The position numbers and the translations under genes were made by a program. The notes beneath the pieces were generated by a model. That model did no database searches. It was not told the origin of the DNA and worked only from the letters and a program-made list of their open reading frames with translations. DNA of 63,915 bases, counting the filler, from Perkinsus chesapeaki ATCC PRA-425 (Eukaryota; Protista; Perkinsozoa): assembly GCA_013115145.1 (NCBI GenBank). It is 7 parts of 7 records of this genome, joined end to end, with 100 filler letters (N's around TTAATTAATTAA, not from the genome) between each part and the next. Parts side by side here need not be neighbours in the genome. Positions count along the whole stretch, not along the records: positions 1 to 6,410 come from JAAPAO010001086.1; positions 6,511 to 33,056 come from JAAPAO010000507.1; 5 more parts are not named here. The stretch is one strand, 5' to 3'. This document shows positions 1 to 12,109 of the stretch, one piece after another; position 1 is the first letter of the stretch; every line of letters starts with the position of its first letter.

Positions 1-422
1 AGATAATAATAATATGGTAGTATTACTTAATGTGGTCAAACATAACAGACTATTGTCCTATTCCTACTTAATAATTATCTTGTTGCGTAGTAGTACATTT
101 GTTAGAAAATACTAAAGTAAGCTCACTCGCGCTAAGAAGGCCCCTCTTAACAAGCATGTTCCTTACATCAAATGTGATCAGCAAGTTACCTTCTTGTCGA
201 GGCAGCTTCATACTCGTCAATCCATCGTTTATCAATTTATCGATCAACCATAAATACTTTTTCATAATCGTGTTTTTCTTTTGATTAAGTGACCTATCCA
301 AGGCTTATGCCCTCGAAGCGAAGGGGTGAATTCAAACCGCTTTTAAATGAACGGTGTAATAAAATACAGGGAACCTCCTCAAATATGATAATATCATTAT
401 CTTCTACTGATGTTTATAATCA

Positions 423-541
423 TTGTCGCGTCTGGCAGCTTCAAAGGTGTTTCGAGTCGAAACCTTCAACCCTATGGATTTGTCGTGCTTGGCAGCTTCA
501 AAGGTGTTCCGAGTTGGAATCTTCAATTTTATGGATTTGTC
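423..541. repeat. Imperfect tandem duplication, ~57-bp unit x2
   Basis: Core TGGCAGCTTCAAAGGTGTT...TATGGATTTGTC occurs twice in tandem. Confidence 0.8.
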
Positions 542-613
542 TTTCGAAACGATGGTGGTGAATAAACACTAACCACATCAATAGAAACCAAGTAATTTAC
601 AGCTTCACACAGG

Positions 614-2162
614 CTAGTTGCAATGATCCTCCTTATCGACTTCATCCATGAACTTGAGAAGTGTTTGGGCCTCCTGGAACATCTCCTCCTCGGTGCGAGG
701 CTTCCGTTCATCATCGGAGGGTATATCCATCCTGACGCACTGCCTTTCGTTGGCTTCGATGGCTGAAAGCAAATGATACGCATTTGAAAGATCAATCAAA
801 TCTCTCTGTTGTAACGATGAGATTGCGGACACCATCACAAAATACGTAAAAACATCCGCAATAGGTGCTGAAGCTAGAGAGGGCAAATTTCAACGCGAAA
901 ATGATTTTGGCAATTTCTCCAGCAACTTTCAGGTATTCGGAAGACTGACGTTTTATGGAACGTCGGGTTCTGAAATGTTGAAAACTTATGTATCCCCGTT
1001 TCGTTGGAGTTTTTGCCGCCCTTTCTCGGGTGAGGAATAGAATGTCCTCGCCAAGTCTCCAATCTAATATGCTACGCTACTATGTCCTACTTACACCTAC
1101 CTGTTTAATGTTAATTCTGTTTCAAAGAGCATTTCACGGAAGTTTGGTAGAAGTTCTCACCCTCCAAGACACACATAGGCGAGCACACTGGCTTCAAATG
1201 GAGTTCAGGGAATAAGATGATCGATGCCCCGCTGTAAACAAATCGACCAACCAGAGACATACCATCGTAGACTTGGTCATTTTCCCCTTTCGAATTGAAA
1301 ACATCCTTCGGTCCTCTCGGCATGACATGAACATGTACATGATGGACGGTTTGTCCCGCAGAAGGACCGTCCTGAGGAACAGTGGAAATGAAGCAAGACT
1401 AACGACACAAAGTAAGGGACAGGTAACACAAAGAAGGCAGCCGACACAATTCCTTCATCATCTGGAGTTGCAGATACAAAGCAGCTTACCTGCACTGCGT
1501 ATGTGCTGGAGTCGGCCTCCGGGAAAGCTTTCAATAGGCATCTGTCAACCTTGGTCGCTAACTGCCACAGATCCGATAGTTCTACCGGTGAGAGTTCATG
1601 TAGTCGGGCAACTGGTCTTCGACTGCATACCTGACAAGCGAATACCACCATAACAGAAGGGCAAAAAGATTCCACATGGGAGCGCACTAGAAAGAATGCG
1701 GAGTGCAGCGGAGCAACGAAGACCAAGTGAAGGCATGGGAGTATAGCATATATTTTTACGGAATCTCGGTCGATTCTTGCGTATCCAAGGTTAAAGCATG
1801 CACAAAGCTCAGATGCTCAGGAAGCCTAAAGGATACTCGTAACATAAAGTCATATTGCCAGATAGTCGTAAAGCAAGATGAAACGGTTTTCTTTTCCGCG
1901 AGTGGCACATATTATTCTATACCCAACTTTTCATTGTATCTCCGCGCTGCCAACATTCCGACTTCAAAGAGCACATTTTCCCGAAGCTGTAAGATTCCCC
2001 GCCCCCACTCACCAAAACATGGCCCGGCACGACTGGTTTCAGATTAACTAGGGCATACGAGTGTTCAGTCAAACCAAAGAGTTCCCGCTTTGACACGGTG
2101 TACTGGCCAAACGGTAAAGTGTCAACTTTGAGTGCTGACAACATTGCGCGGGAAGACGACAT
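614..2162 (-). CDS. FHIT: Bis(5'-adenosyl)-triphosphatase, FHIT branch of HIT family; 4 exons (2162-2013, 1630-1490, 1371-1263, 762-614)
   Basis: Manual splicing at GT-AG sites with matching phases gives ...LVNLKPVVPGHVLV|CSRRPVARL...YAVQ|DGPSAGQTVHHVHVHVMPR...|...RKPRTEEEMFQEA. HIT motif HVHVH and FHIT-type N- and C-terminal motifs are present. Confidence 0.92.
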
Positions 2163-3884
2163 GGTCCGAGGATTCTGCAACCTATCAGTGTGATGAGAAA
2201 AGCGAATTCTCCTCGACAGGAAAACAGCCTCTCCAGCGAGGTGAATACGATTTCGAGTTTTCCTTCGCGTTCTGTTTCCTTCCACTTTTCAACACAAATT
2301 CTATCCCCATAGAAATCTCAATAACAAGTTAAATTCGACCAAGTAGCAGAAGCTCAGCATTTGTTGACTATCGTCTATTCCTCTTCCTCAATATCATCAT
2401 CAGATGACTCTGAACGGTCCCCTGCCTGCTCTTCGCCTTGCAGCGTCGCTGCGGCCATCTCCCCCAGTAGAGGCGGTGCCTCAGTGTAAACAGCTTGCTC
2501 GGTCACGCTCCCTTCCGGCACCTAATAAATTTATCGAAACACTTGGTGTGTTTAATAATTTCCATGTATGTGGCAGCTCTCAGATACCCAAGCATCGCGC
2601 TAAACATAAAGTTTTGTCTTTTACTTTTAATATATCTCCATAATTACATATACGCTGCTTTTGCATTCGTTGTAGAAGTCGGTAAAAAGTGTCACGTTAA
2701 CATGGCCGAGCTAGAGTGCAACCTCGGTTACTATCGGACAAGGGGGGTCGACTGGTATAACCTTCAGCCAGTTCGTCTGGAAACGAGCGACCGTGAAAAA
2801 ACAACAACCATCATCAATCACCGTTCGTTCACTGTTGTACATTAAACATATTTTGAATACCGTTATCTTATCTGTGTTGCTCTTGTTTCTGATAACAACT
2901 TTTTCTTTGCGTGATTGCGTATGAGTGATGCGATGAGATATAATGTAACCTCCCTTTGTTGAGCGTTCTATCATATCGAGGAGCTTTACGCCTCTGGTGA
3001 AAGCAAGGTGGGAGAAATTCTTACAGAAAACCTACTACACCACCAGACAGAGAAAATTGCGTCTTAATGTTTCAAGCGCTTTGCACTTGAAAACTCGGTC
3101 TCATTTTCACCACTTGCCTGGGCCTTAATACTGGGGACTTATTAAGAAATTCTAACAGACGTCAGCTTACAGGATCGACTCTTCTAGTCCTGTTTTTGCC
3201 CCCAGTATGAGCAATAGCGATCGAGTACGCTCTATTGAGCACTTGGTGGTCCTTGGTTGCCAGTACACTACTGCCATACCTGAAACATACAACGACGTGC
3301 TTAATCATCACCGGACTCGTAATTGACTTCTTTCATTGGTAACATATTTCCTATCAAACTCCTTTCTATTATATCTCCTCCGTATCACTACACCATTTCA
3401 AGATATTATTAGTAAAAGCCCAGACCAATTTCGTGATGAGAGTGGATGGAGGCTCAATCCACCATCAGATATCTATTCTGCGGTGAATGCTTGATACGCC
3501 TCATCTGTCATCGTTTGCCTCAGTCAATTCTCATCACTTCCCACGTGATGACGGGGGTTAGTAACCTATGTCATCACCTCGGTAACCTCATCTTACCCCG
3601 TCAAAGGCAATAGGTTGATCACAATTCATGACTCACAATCGGCGGAGTTCTTCGGACCAAATGGGTTGCGGCCTGCAACCCATTTACCGTACGTGATGCA
3701 CATGTGCGTGAAATGGTATAGGTGGCTCCATCGACATCATGGTTGCTAAATTGATCTGGATTATATTAATTTGTTCTGGGCTTTCACTAATTTGATCTTG
3801 GCTTTTACTAGTTAGATCTTGAAATGGTGTAGTAAAACGTTCTCATATCGACTCCTGACGTCCCTCTATTCCAAACATGTCCCG

Positions 3885-6280
3885 CTAAGGAAGCTGTACG
3901 TACGAATCTCCGCGCAAGTATCCAACATTCACGCCCCCACATAATCCCCACAAACCTACTTCGACAGTATATCCATACCACTCATCATCACTGCATATGA
4001 GCTCGACGTCATGCTCATCAGGCCAAGGCCATCAGATAGCAGCCACGCAACCGGATACAGAGACCAAGTCACCACTGTGAGATCTGCTATCAAACGGAAC
4101 CTGAATGCCGACCTTACTCGTCGAATTTTTCAACGCAAAATTTCCTCGCCCCAAAACAGTCGACAACTACTACAGGTACATTCGCCAAATGCTGCAAAAA
4201 CTGTGATTCGTCCGCCCGAATTTCAGTGGTAAAATAACAATATCAAGATCGAACTCCACTCGCCCACCTTCCCGCTAGTTCTCTATCTCCATAGCTCTTG
4301 CTGACATCTCTTAACCGATACCCAATATACCATATCAACGGCACCACACCCAGCCCCAAACTTATCGAATATAACGCAACCTTGGCCCACATGGGAGAGG
4401 ACAGAAATAGGGAACCTGAAGACCACCTTGGGAGGGGAAGTAAAAAATGAAAAAATAATGAATGGAAATCAATGTCTTTTACTTTTAATGAGCTTGATGA
4501 AATGCTACTTGAGTAAATTCATTTGTTTACTAACAAAATTTCGGATTGTCAAATGATAGGAACCATCCATCATGAACATCGATAAATTTAACAAAAACAA
4601 CAGCAACGATGATCGAGAAAAATAACAGAAAAAATAACAGAAGAAAATAACAGAAAAAATAACAGAAAAAATAAGAGAAGAAAATAAGAGAAAAAATAAG
4701 AGAAAAAAATAAGAGAAAAAAAACAGAAAAAATGATAGGGGAAAAGGGAATTATTAGTGAACTAGCTTTTCGTAAATATATTTCTTGGTTCAGTCCAGAT
4801 AATGAGATTCTACCCGCAAATCCGATCCCATAAAGTACATACTCATTATTTCCGAATCACGCAGAAGCCGTGAATACACTATCATTGTTATCGTTAATGC
4901 GTCCCATGTTGAATCTAGTATCACTTGCCTTCCCACTTACCAAACTCCCCACCAATCCATATACCATTTGCCACTATAGCAGGCACCACAGCCTTCAGGC
5001 CAGCACCACTCATAAAGCCAGCGTTCACCAACATCAGGGACGAACTAAACGCACAACTCTGAGAGATCAGCCAATCTATCCCCTAGTTGTTCCAGAAAGC
5101 ATTGAAACTTGCCATCCAGCTAAAAGTCTTTGAGATGGACGGAAAGTTTCAGTTTTCTTTGGGTCAAAGAGGACGATATATATCCGAAGCAGTGGCGAGG
5201 CACGGACGACCAATCAATGTTTTTCCTCTTGGTGGAGTGCCATTTTCTCTAACCACACTTCCGACTCATTTCCCCCTCCGCCACAAAGAAGGCTACACAA
5301 CTCCTTCGCACTACCAACTGCCATATCATCACGAGATCGTCCCCAATCTTTCTCGAAATAGATCATCACCACGACTGAACCCGATATGGTAAGACAAACT
5401 AGGCCAGCAACCATTTCAGTGTAGTCCCGAGCAAGCACAAATCCATCCCCCCATATATCACAACTATACAGGCAAGAGATAGGACAGAACAAACTGTAGT
5501 AAATATCCCCACAGCAACAACAACAACAGCTGCCTGACGACTTAAAAAGTGAAATACCTCCCTGCGCCGAAAAGGCATCCGAAATACCCAGTTAATATCA
5601 ATAAGCCGCCGGAAAGGGAGGCAGTGACAACCTTTGAAAAACTTATTACCACAACTTCAGCTACTCTACCAAAATGCGACAAGTCGCCGGTGCGTTTTTT
5701 ACTACTTTTTTCCTGGACCATCACGCCCATTCGAGTTACTCGGGAAGAGATATATTATTACCTCGTAAACCACTCTACATATTTCACCGGGATTATTGAC
5801 ACCACATGATGGCCGAGCAACGATGTACCAGTGAAGACGGGGAACAGGGAGAACAACTAATAACATAAATATAGCACAGTCATGAATATCCAAGCTTCAT
5901 GCGTGCACCCAATAAGTAATTGCCTATACACGGAAAACCTTCAATCTATAACTTGTACCAAATCAAATGACTCTCACACTTCAAAATAACGGATCACAAT
6001 ATTAGAAAATATCCAAGCTTCAAGCGTGCACCATATAATTTATCATCCCAGCTTCCCAGCGCACTGATTTCTTTAACAAACTTTATTTACATAATATCCT
6101 GTCCTGATACCCCCTCTATTACCTGTGCCAGATACCCAAGGGCCGTGGTGCCTGTTACGGCGGCAGCTACATAGTACACCGGCCTACCACTGCCGACTGG
6201 TACTGATCTTCCTCGTCGAATGAAGCCAAGTGATGCTGATAATGAAAAACATACAGAGATAATAATACCAACGGCGGACC
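3885..6280 (-). CDS. Type-1 (microbial) rhodopsin-like 7-TM protein; exons 6280-6123, 5856-5762, 5044-4941, 4415-4268, 4100-~3885; 5' exon and exact 3' end unresolved
   Basis: Phase-compatible GT-AG splicing gives helix B RPVYYVAAAVTGTTALGYLAQ; helix C/D PVKYVEWFTSSSLMLVN...AIVANGIWIGG (gapless vs bacteriorhodopsin RYADWLFTTPLLLLD...ADGIMIG); helix E KVALYSISLG; helix F TVVTWSLYPVAWLLSDGLG (BR TVVLWSAYPVVWLIGSEGAG); helix G MDILSK (BR LDVSAK). TAG follows the Lys codon; adding one A gives KVGLWGL, ending at 3885. Confidence 0.8.
4600..4735. repeat. Low-complexity tandem repeat (AAAAATAACAG / AAAAATAAGAG) inside a rhodopsin intron
   Basis: About 9 near-identical ~11-13-bp units read directly. 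Confidence 0.85.
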
Positions 6281-6339
6281 CTATGGTTTAGGGAGCTGTA
6301 GAGGGATACCGAGAAACGAGCCCGCTTCCCCATGACAAC

Positions 6340-6583
6340 TAGTAACATATTTCCTATCAAACTCCTTTCTATTATATCTCCTCCTCCTCCGTATCACTAG
6401 TAACATATTTNNNNNNNNNNNNNNNNNNNNNNNNNNNNNNNNNNNNNNNNNNNNTTAATTAATTAANNNNNNNNNNNNNNNNNNNNNNNNNNNNNNNNNN
6501 NNNNNNNNNNAACTCCTTTCTATTATATCTCCTCCGTATCACTAGTAACATATTTCCTATCAAACTCCTTTCTATTATATCTC
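6340..6583. repeat. 52-bp minisatellite flanking an assembly gap; solo copy at 3339-3390
   Basis: Unit TAGTAACATATTTCCTATCAAACTCCTTTCTATTATATCTCCTCCGTATCAC is repeated on both sides of the gap and recurs once at 3339-3390. Confidence 0.85.
6455..6466. other. Artificial contig-join spacer (N-run + TTAATTAATTAA + N-run); also at 33101-33112, 55343-55354, 59539-59550, 61252-61263, 62470-62481
   Basis: An identical palindromic 12-mer with stops in all six frames sits inside six N-runs. Confidence 0.95.
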
Positions 6584-9500
6584 GTTCGGCCCAGGAAATA
6601 TATTTTTATCTTATTAGCGTAATTTTCCCATAATTTCGCACCGAGCCTTAATCTCTACATAGGTAGGCTTTCATTTCACATTCGCTGTATTACCGATCTG
6701 TCGAATATAATTTCAGCTATATTACTACTTTACATACAGTCAGATATGAGCTCTCTTTTTCTCGAACAGTCAGGAGCAAATTTAAGATGTCTAATAAAGT
6801 ACAATAAAATCATGCTCATGAATCAACGTAAAGATATTCTTTAATTGTACTCCAAAATATTTTACCTTTGGGGAATCCTTCATCAGGTGTCTTCTGTTGT
6901 TGATAGGGTGGATAGTGTTCTCATTTCGGTAGTGGTTCATATTTTAAAATTATTAACAATTATTTTGCTTGCAGTTTTTTATATTGCTTTTAACAAATTA
7001 TTTGCTTCACGCACATCACTGTCACACGAAGTATAGGTTTCTACCAACGTAATAGTATCTTATATAATCTAAATAGTATTAAGACTCGTATGTTGTCTCA
7101 GAATACATCTCCGCGGACGGAAACATTCGAGCTATTAATATCATCAAGCTTGGTTTAAAAAATTCAATTCCGAGCGTAGTACTAGTTTTAATCTGTCAAT
7201 TTGTATGTTTCTTCAATACGCAGTGATTGTGTCACATGATTAGCTTTGATTCTCAAATCTTCAGGACTAAACCAGTGTGGCGTCCACAAGTGAATGGTGA
7301 ATACGCGCTAGCTGCCGGAGTAGCAGCAGCAGGCCGAGGGGAGGCGTAGTTGAAGAAATGCCCGATCTGGCAAGCTCTAACTATGAGGTCTGTGAAATCG
7401 TCAAGGTTTTGTAGATTTTTCACGGTCGGTTTTGTCCCGATTTTGTGGCCATTTTTACAGTGTGAAAAAAGGCCGCAAAATTTCGACCGAGATAAGGGGT
7501 AATATTTTTTGTTTTAAGGTGTTATTATTCCTGTTTCATCGTACCGTACGGGTTTGTTAGTGTATCTGTAATTAACGGGCGAAATGAAAAAATAAAAACC
7601 TTGAAGTTTTCACACTTCAGATTTGGTTGATCGGGGGTGAGCCGAAAAAGGGGTTGGCACCGGCATGTGTGAGCTATAAAAAAGGAATAATAGAGATTAT
7701 TCAATAAGGGTGATCGAGAAAATATGGCTCTCCGTAAGAGATTGCCAGACGAGCGCAGGTGTCATCTTGGAGCCCTCGTCCAGCTGTTTTCAGAATATGG
7801 CAGTAGTTAGGCGGCATGCGGAAAGAGGTCGACGAGTGTCCCCTTTTTCCATTACTCCTTTCTTCTTTTTTACTGGCCATATATTAGTTACGCATGGTTT
7901 CGAGTATCTTCTGGGTCGTGCGGAATCTAAAAAGTTTTTGTTGAGTGTTGTTTGTTGTTCTCTTATTTCTTGTCTGCACTTCATCGATTTAAGATGCGGT
8001 TTTTCGAACGTCGACACGTCTTTCCTCATGATTGGGAAACATGTAATACTGAAGGGGAAGCGGTGGTCGATTGGTGGGATATACTAGTTGCTGTAGTTGG
8101 GAGTTGCGCATGATCGAGAATTTATTCTAAACGAAGGTATATTTATTGACGTGTTTGACATGTTCTAATAGTTCCATCTCGAAGTCTTTGGCGCTTGTCT
8201 AATCCATGGCGTAACTAGGAAATCCAGGGTCACCTCATCATTGTCCAATGATTCGAAAAAGTACTACTCTCCAAGAAGTACTTTCGGTGAATTCACAGAG
8301 TTACAGTCTGGGACTCCCAGACTCTGGGAGCCCAATCTGTCTGGTGCAGTCTGGTGCTCAAGTCCTCGGCTTCTTTTCGTTGTCTGAGAGGGGATTCTCC
8401 GGCCAGCAACAGCGAAATTAATGAGAGTCGAATCGTCGCTCTCGTGATCTCCGCTTGAACGTTTCCGCGCGAGAGCAGGTGCGCCAGTTCATGCTTCAGC
8501 CCGGGAGCAGCCCGGAGGTCGAGTTTACGGTATATTCCGGGCATAGGCCAGGTGGCCTCCACTTCATTGAGGTACGCCCTATCTAACCACGGGGAACCTG
8601 GTTCCCGGAAACCGGCGATTGGTGATTCCCGGAATCACCAATCGCTGGTCTGCCGAGGAGAGAACCAGCTGGTTCAATCCAAACCGAGATCACGTCATCC
8701 CAAGGACTTTCTCCGTCAAGCTGGGCTACATCGGTACTATCCCAACTATCTCAACCACCCGTACTATCCCGACCGACGACCGCTCCCTTCCCCCCTACCC
8801 TCCGCTTCTCCCCCTCCTGTTCAGTCCGGCCGCGGGGGTAAAACACCCGATTGGGTAAAAAATGTTGAGGAGGGTGGACTCCATGGAGCTTGTCACAGGG
8901 TGGGGAAGGATGCATACAAGCAATTGGGGGTGTGAGAGGAGAAGTTCTGGGAAGCCAACGATGAAAAGGCCGGATAGCAATCAATCTACAACATGGCTCC
9001 CTATCTGACATTACTTAATTTGCATATCCTCTTCTTTGAGAGCTCATGTGATAGTGCAGCTTGATCCAGCAACTGGTATGCTGCTAAGCATCTCTCGATT
9101 GCTGTTCCTTCACAAAAGTACACTAAAATCTCAACGTAGCTCGCGCAGTAGTTACAGTTGTCAGCCGTGTTCATGGTTGTCACTCCATTGTTGTGTTCCA
9201 TGTTACTGTCTCGTGATAGTACGGGCTTTGCCGCATCTGACCGAAAATAAAAACATAGTATGAATTAAAAACTCGCATGTCGTTCTAACAGAATGATGCG
9301 AAAAAATGTGCAGAATACTCTGATTTGACCAAAATTGTTTATTGTCAGGTACGTCAGCTTGGTGGGCGAAGTACCCGAATCCTGACCAACCACATGTTAA
9401 AAGAACAGACACTGTATATCGTAACATAGATAAGGAGGATCAAGTGGGCAATGAGTTGTAAAGTAGATAAATCAGGGCGCATTTCAGGTTCTCCAAGTTC

Positions 9501-10352
9501 GCAGAATTTTCGCGTTAGATTACCAAATTCCAGATTGGATTCAAAAACTGTTGCCGAAAATGCAGGTAGGATCCGCAAGATCGATTGCGTGATCACTTTT
9601 GAGTTAGGGATATGCAATGGAAGACACCACTGTCGATTTAAAAAATAAAAAATTAACTGCTGTCGGTCGGAATCTCTCCTTCAGTAAGCCCGAGGGGAAG
9701 TTGAGGCGGTTTTTATTTCCAATCTCTAGGTAAGATATGCCAATCTCGTGAAGTTATAACGTACGAGCAGGACCCTAACGATCCATCGTAAGTTCGTTAA
9801 CAGCTTCTTGTTTAGATAACGATATTACCCGGGTATATGATGATAGTACCCGGATTCTGGAAGTATTTTTTATAAGTGTTTGTGGACTATGTTTGGAAAT
9901 TGAACGAACTCCCGATCGTTAGCATGTTGTCATATTACGTTAATAGGTATAATTTTCAAAATTATTTACATGACAATTAATATATGAGAAGTAAACTCTG
10001 CCATATCTACGTCATCCATACGGTTAATATGAAACTTGCTGTAGAAAACTCAAGTCCTGTAACGAGGAACTGCATTCTGTAATGTGGATCAATATAAACG
10101 AAATTGATCTCTAAATCGAAGCAGTCTCATACTGTGCGGAAATACGCAGTATCTTGTTAGCACATTCTATAGTGTAGTATATAGTATAGAACCTAGTAAG
10201 TTGTATATAGTACTACCTGTACAGTATACAATCTGTGTAATACGAAGTGGTAAAAATGAGGAATTTGAATCTCTTAAATAATTCACATTGTAATATGTTG
10301 TAGATGTCATCCTGTTTTTTGTTGTTGTTAGTAAAACTATCTATACCCAGCG

Positions 10353-11298
10353 TATGAGTTATTCGATCAATGGCATTGGTGCAGTTCTTGGTCGTAAAGC
10401 GGAGAGGGCAGCAACTGACTTCTCAGCTAAGAAGGCTCAAGCCGGTAAGCATTTCTTGTCTAATAGACGACTGCGTCTAACTCATGTCCATGTCGGGTTT
10501 CATTATAGAAAAGTGCGGTTCTGAAAGACTGCAGGAACTCTATATCGCAGGTATTCAGAATTCGATAGTAGGGTATTAGTCGATATTAATATCCATAGTA
10601 TTCTGGGTCGTTATACACTAACCCTAATAAACCAATGGTTTATTAGGGTTTAAATGAATGGTTAAAACCATACCTGTATACGCATGGCGTATTGCAGAAG
10701 CATCATTTTTCTGGGACCAATATGAGATCCAAGAGCCTTAATTAGGACTTGGGGAAGCACTCGTCGGCTAGGATCGGTCAGGATTTCGCGAAGTTGAGCG
10801 ATTGTCCTGATGTCTCTGGTTATCTCAGGCGATGCTGTTATGACTAAGCGTATTGACAGCTTGGCCGCCACCGATTGGAGAAATGATACGACAACTTGGA
10901 GACAGAATGTGAGTTGTAGAGTTGATCTAACTAATGGTGCTTCCGTATTTTACATTTCTGGATTAATAATCATTTTAATAGCCGTGTTCATATGGATGCA
11001 AGCGATCGTCATCTGGCTTATCTTTGTATATTTCTTAGATAGTTGGTATGCTCAATCTGGCTGTCTCCCATGGACGTCTCACAGCGTCACAGGCATCGGA
11101 TCAGCTCAGAGCGGCTCAGGCTAGATTGATGCGAGCAGCGGGGGATCCGATGGTGGCGAGACTTGGACGAAATGCAGTAAGGGGTCCGTTCAGCACATTT
11201 TCCCGCGTACTTCCCGCTGAAATCTGCTATACTGTGTTGTTATTCAAGTACCTTTCTTGAGCGCTGAGAACCGAAATTTTCAGTTGGACGGAGCAAGC
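10353..11298 (+). CDS. Small hypothetical multi-exon protein
   Basis: Open segments bounded by GT/AG: MSYSINGIGAVLGRKAERAATDFSAKKAQA, GDAVMTKRIDSLAATDWRNDTTTWRQN, IVGMLNLAVSHGRLTASQASDQLRAAQARLMRAAGDPMVARLGRNA. No family recognised; ends approximate. Confidence 0.4.
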
Positions 11299-12109
11299 TA
11301 GCGAGAAGAAATCTCCGGTTCTTCGTGGAGTTAGTCTGCGAATTCATTGAAGTTTTTCATTCGTTGCCGAAGTTGGGTAAAGTAAAGAAGAATTAGTACT
11401 GGAATGGCTTCCATAAACTATTCCTGTATAGTTCCGAGAGCGTCACCTCAGGGAGTCTTGTGTAGGACAGATCGGACCATGTTGTGATTTCAGAATTTAT
11501 TTATAGTTGTCTAACTTTCAAGGTTCGTTGTGAAGATATTCCCGATGATTCGTCACAATCGATCAGCAGGAGCACTGTAGATTCTATCATACCAGAATGT
11601 CCAGATTTCACAGGTGCCATATAGCACCACTCCATTCACTGCCGCTGTTTCTGTCACTCTATATTAGAGTTGACCACCACTGTACTATGATGATGTTTCT
11701 TCGAGCACTGTTAGTCAATTGTTAGTGTCTTTGTCAATCTATTGGGAGCACGTTACGTGGCAAGCTTGGGGAGTGCACACTGCTATTATGCTTTTTCTTC
11801 TTATCGTTCCTCGGGCAGGGCACGGCCTACAAGTCCCTACAGCCGCCGATGCGATCTCTGCGAATGGCGATGTCGTGTTCAGCAGCTAAATCTCAGCTGA
11901 TCATTTCAACGGAGTTGACCACTCCTTTTACAGAGATCATGAATTTTCAATAGTAGTGAATTTTATCTTCTCGTTTGTAGAAGCCCAAATGCAAGGGCAA
12001 ATTCGCATGTTTTCTGAGTCGGCTTAATCCCACGCTCGCAAGCGTTGCTGTTATCAATATCAAGTCGTACTGTGCAAACTGATCAGTTAGCGAACAAGGC
12101 TTATTAGTG

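Noticed and set aside
4268-5044. These exons as an MFS or sugar transporter
   Set aside because: First impression from hydrophobicity; the gapless match to rhodopsin helices C-G explains them far better.
7255-7390. GC-rich stretch as a ribozyme or ncRNA
   Set aside because: No hammerhead, HDV, snRNA or SRP core could be identified.
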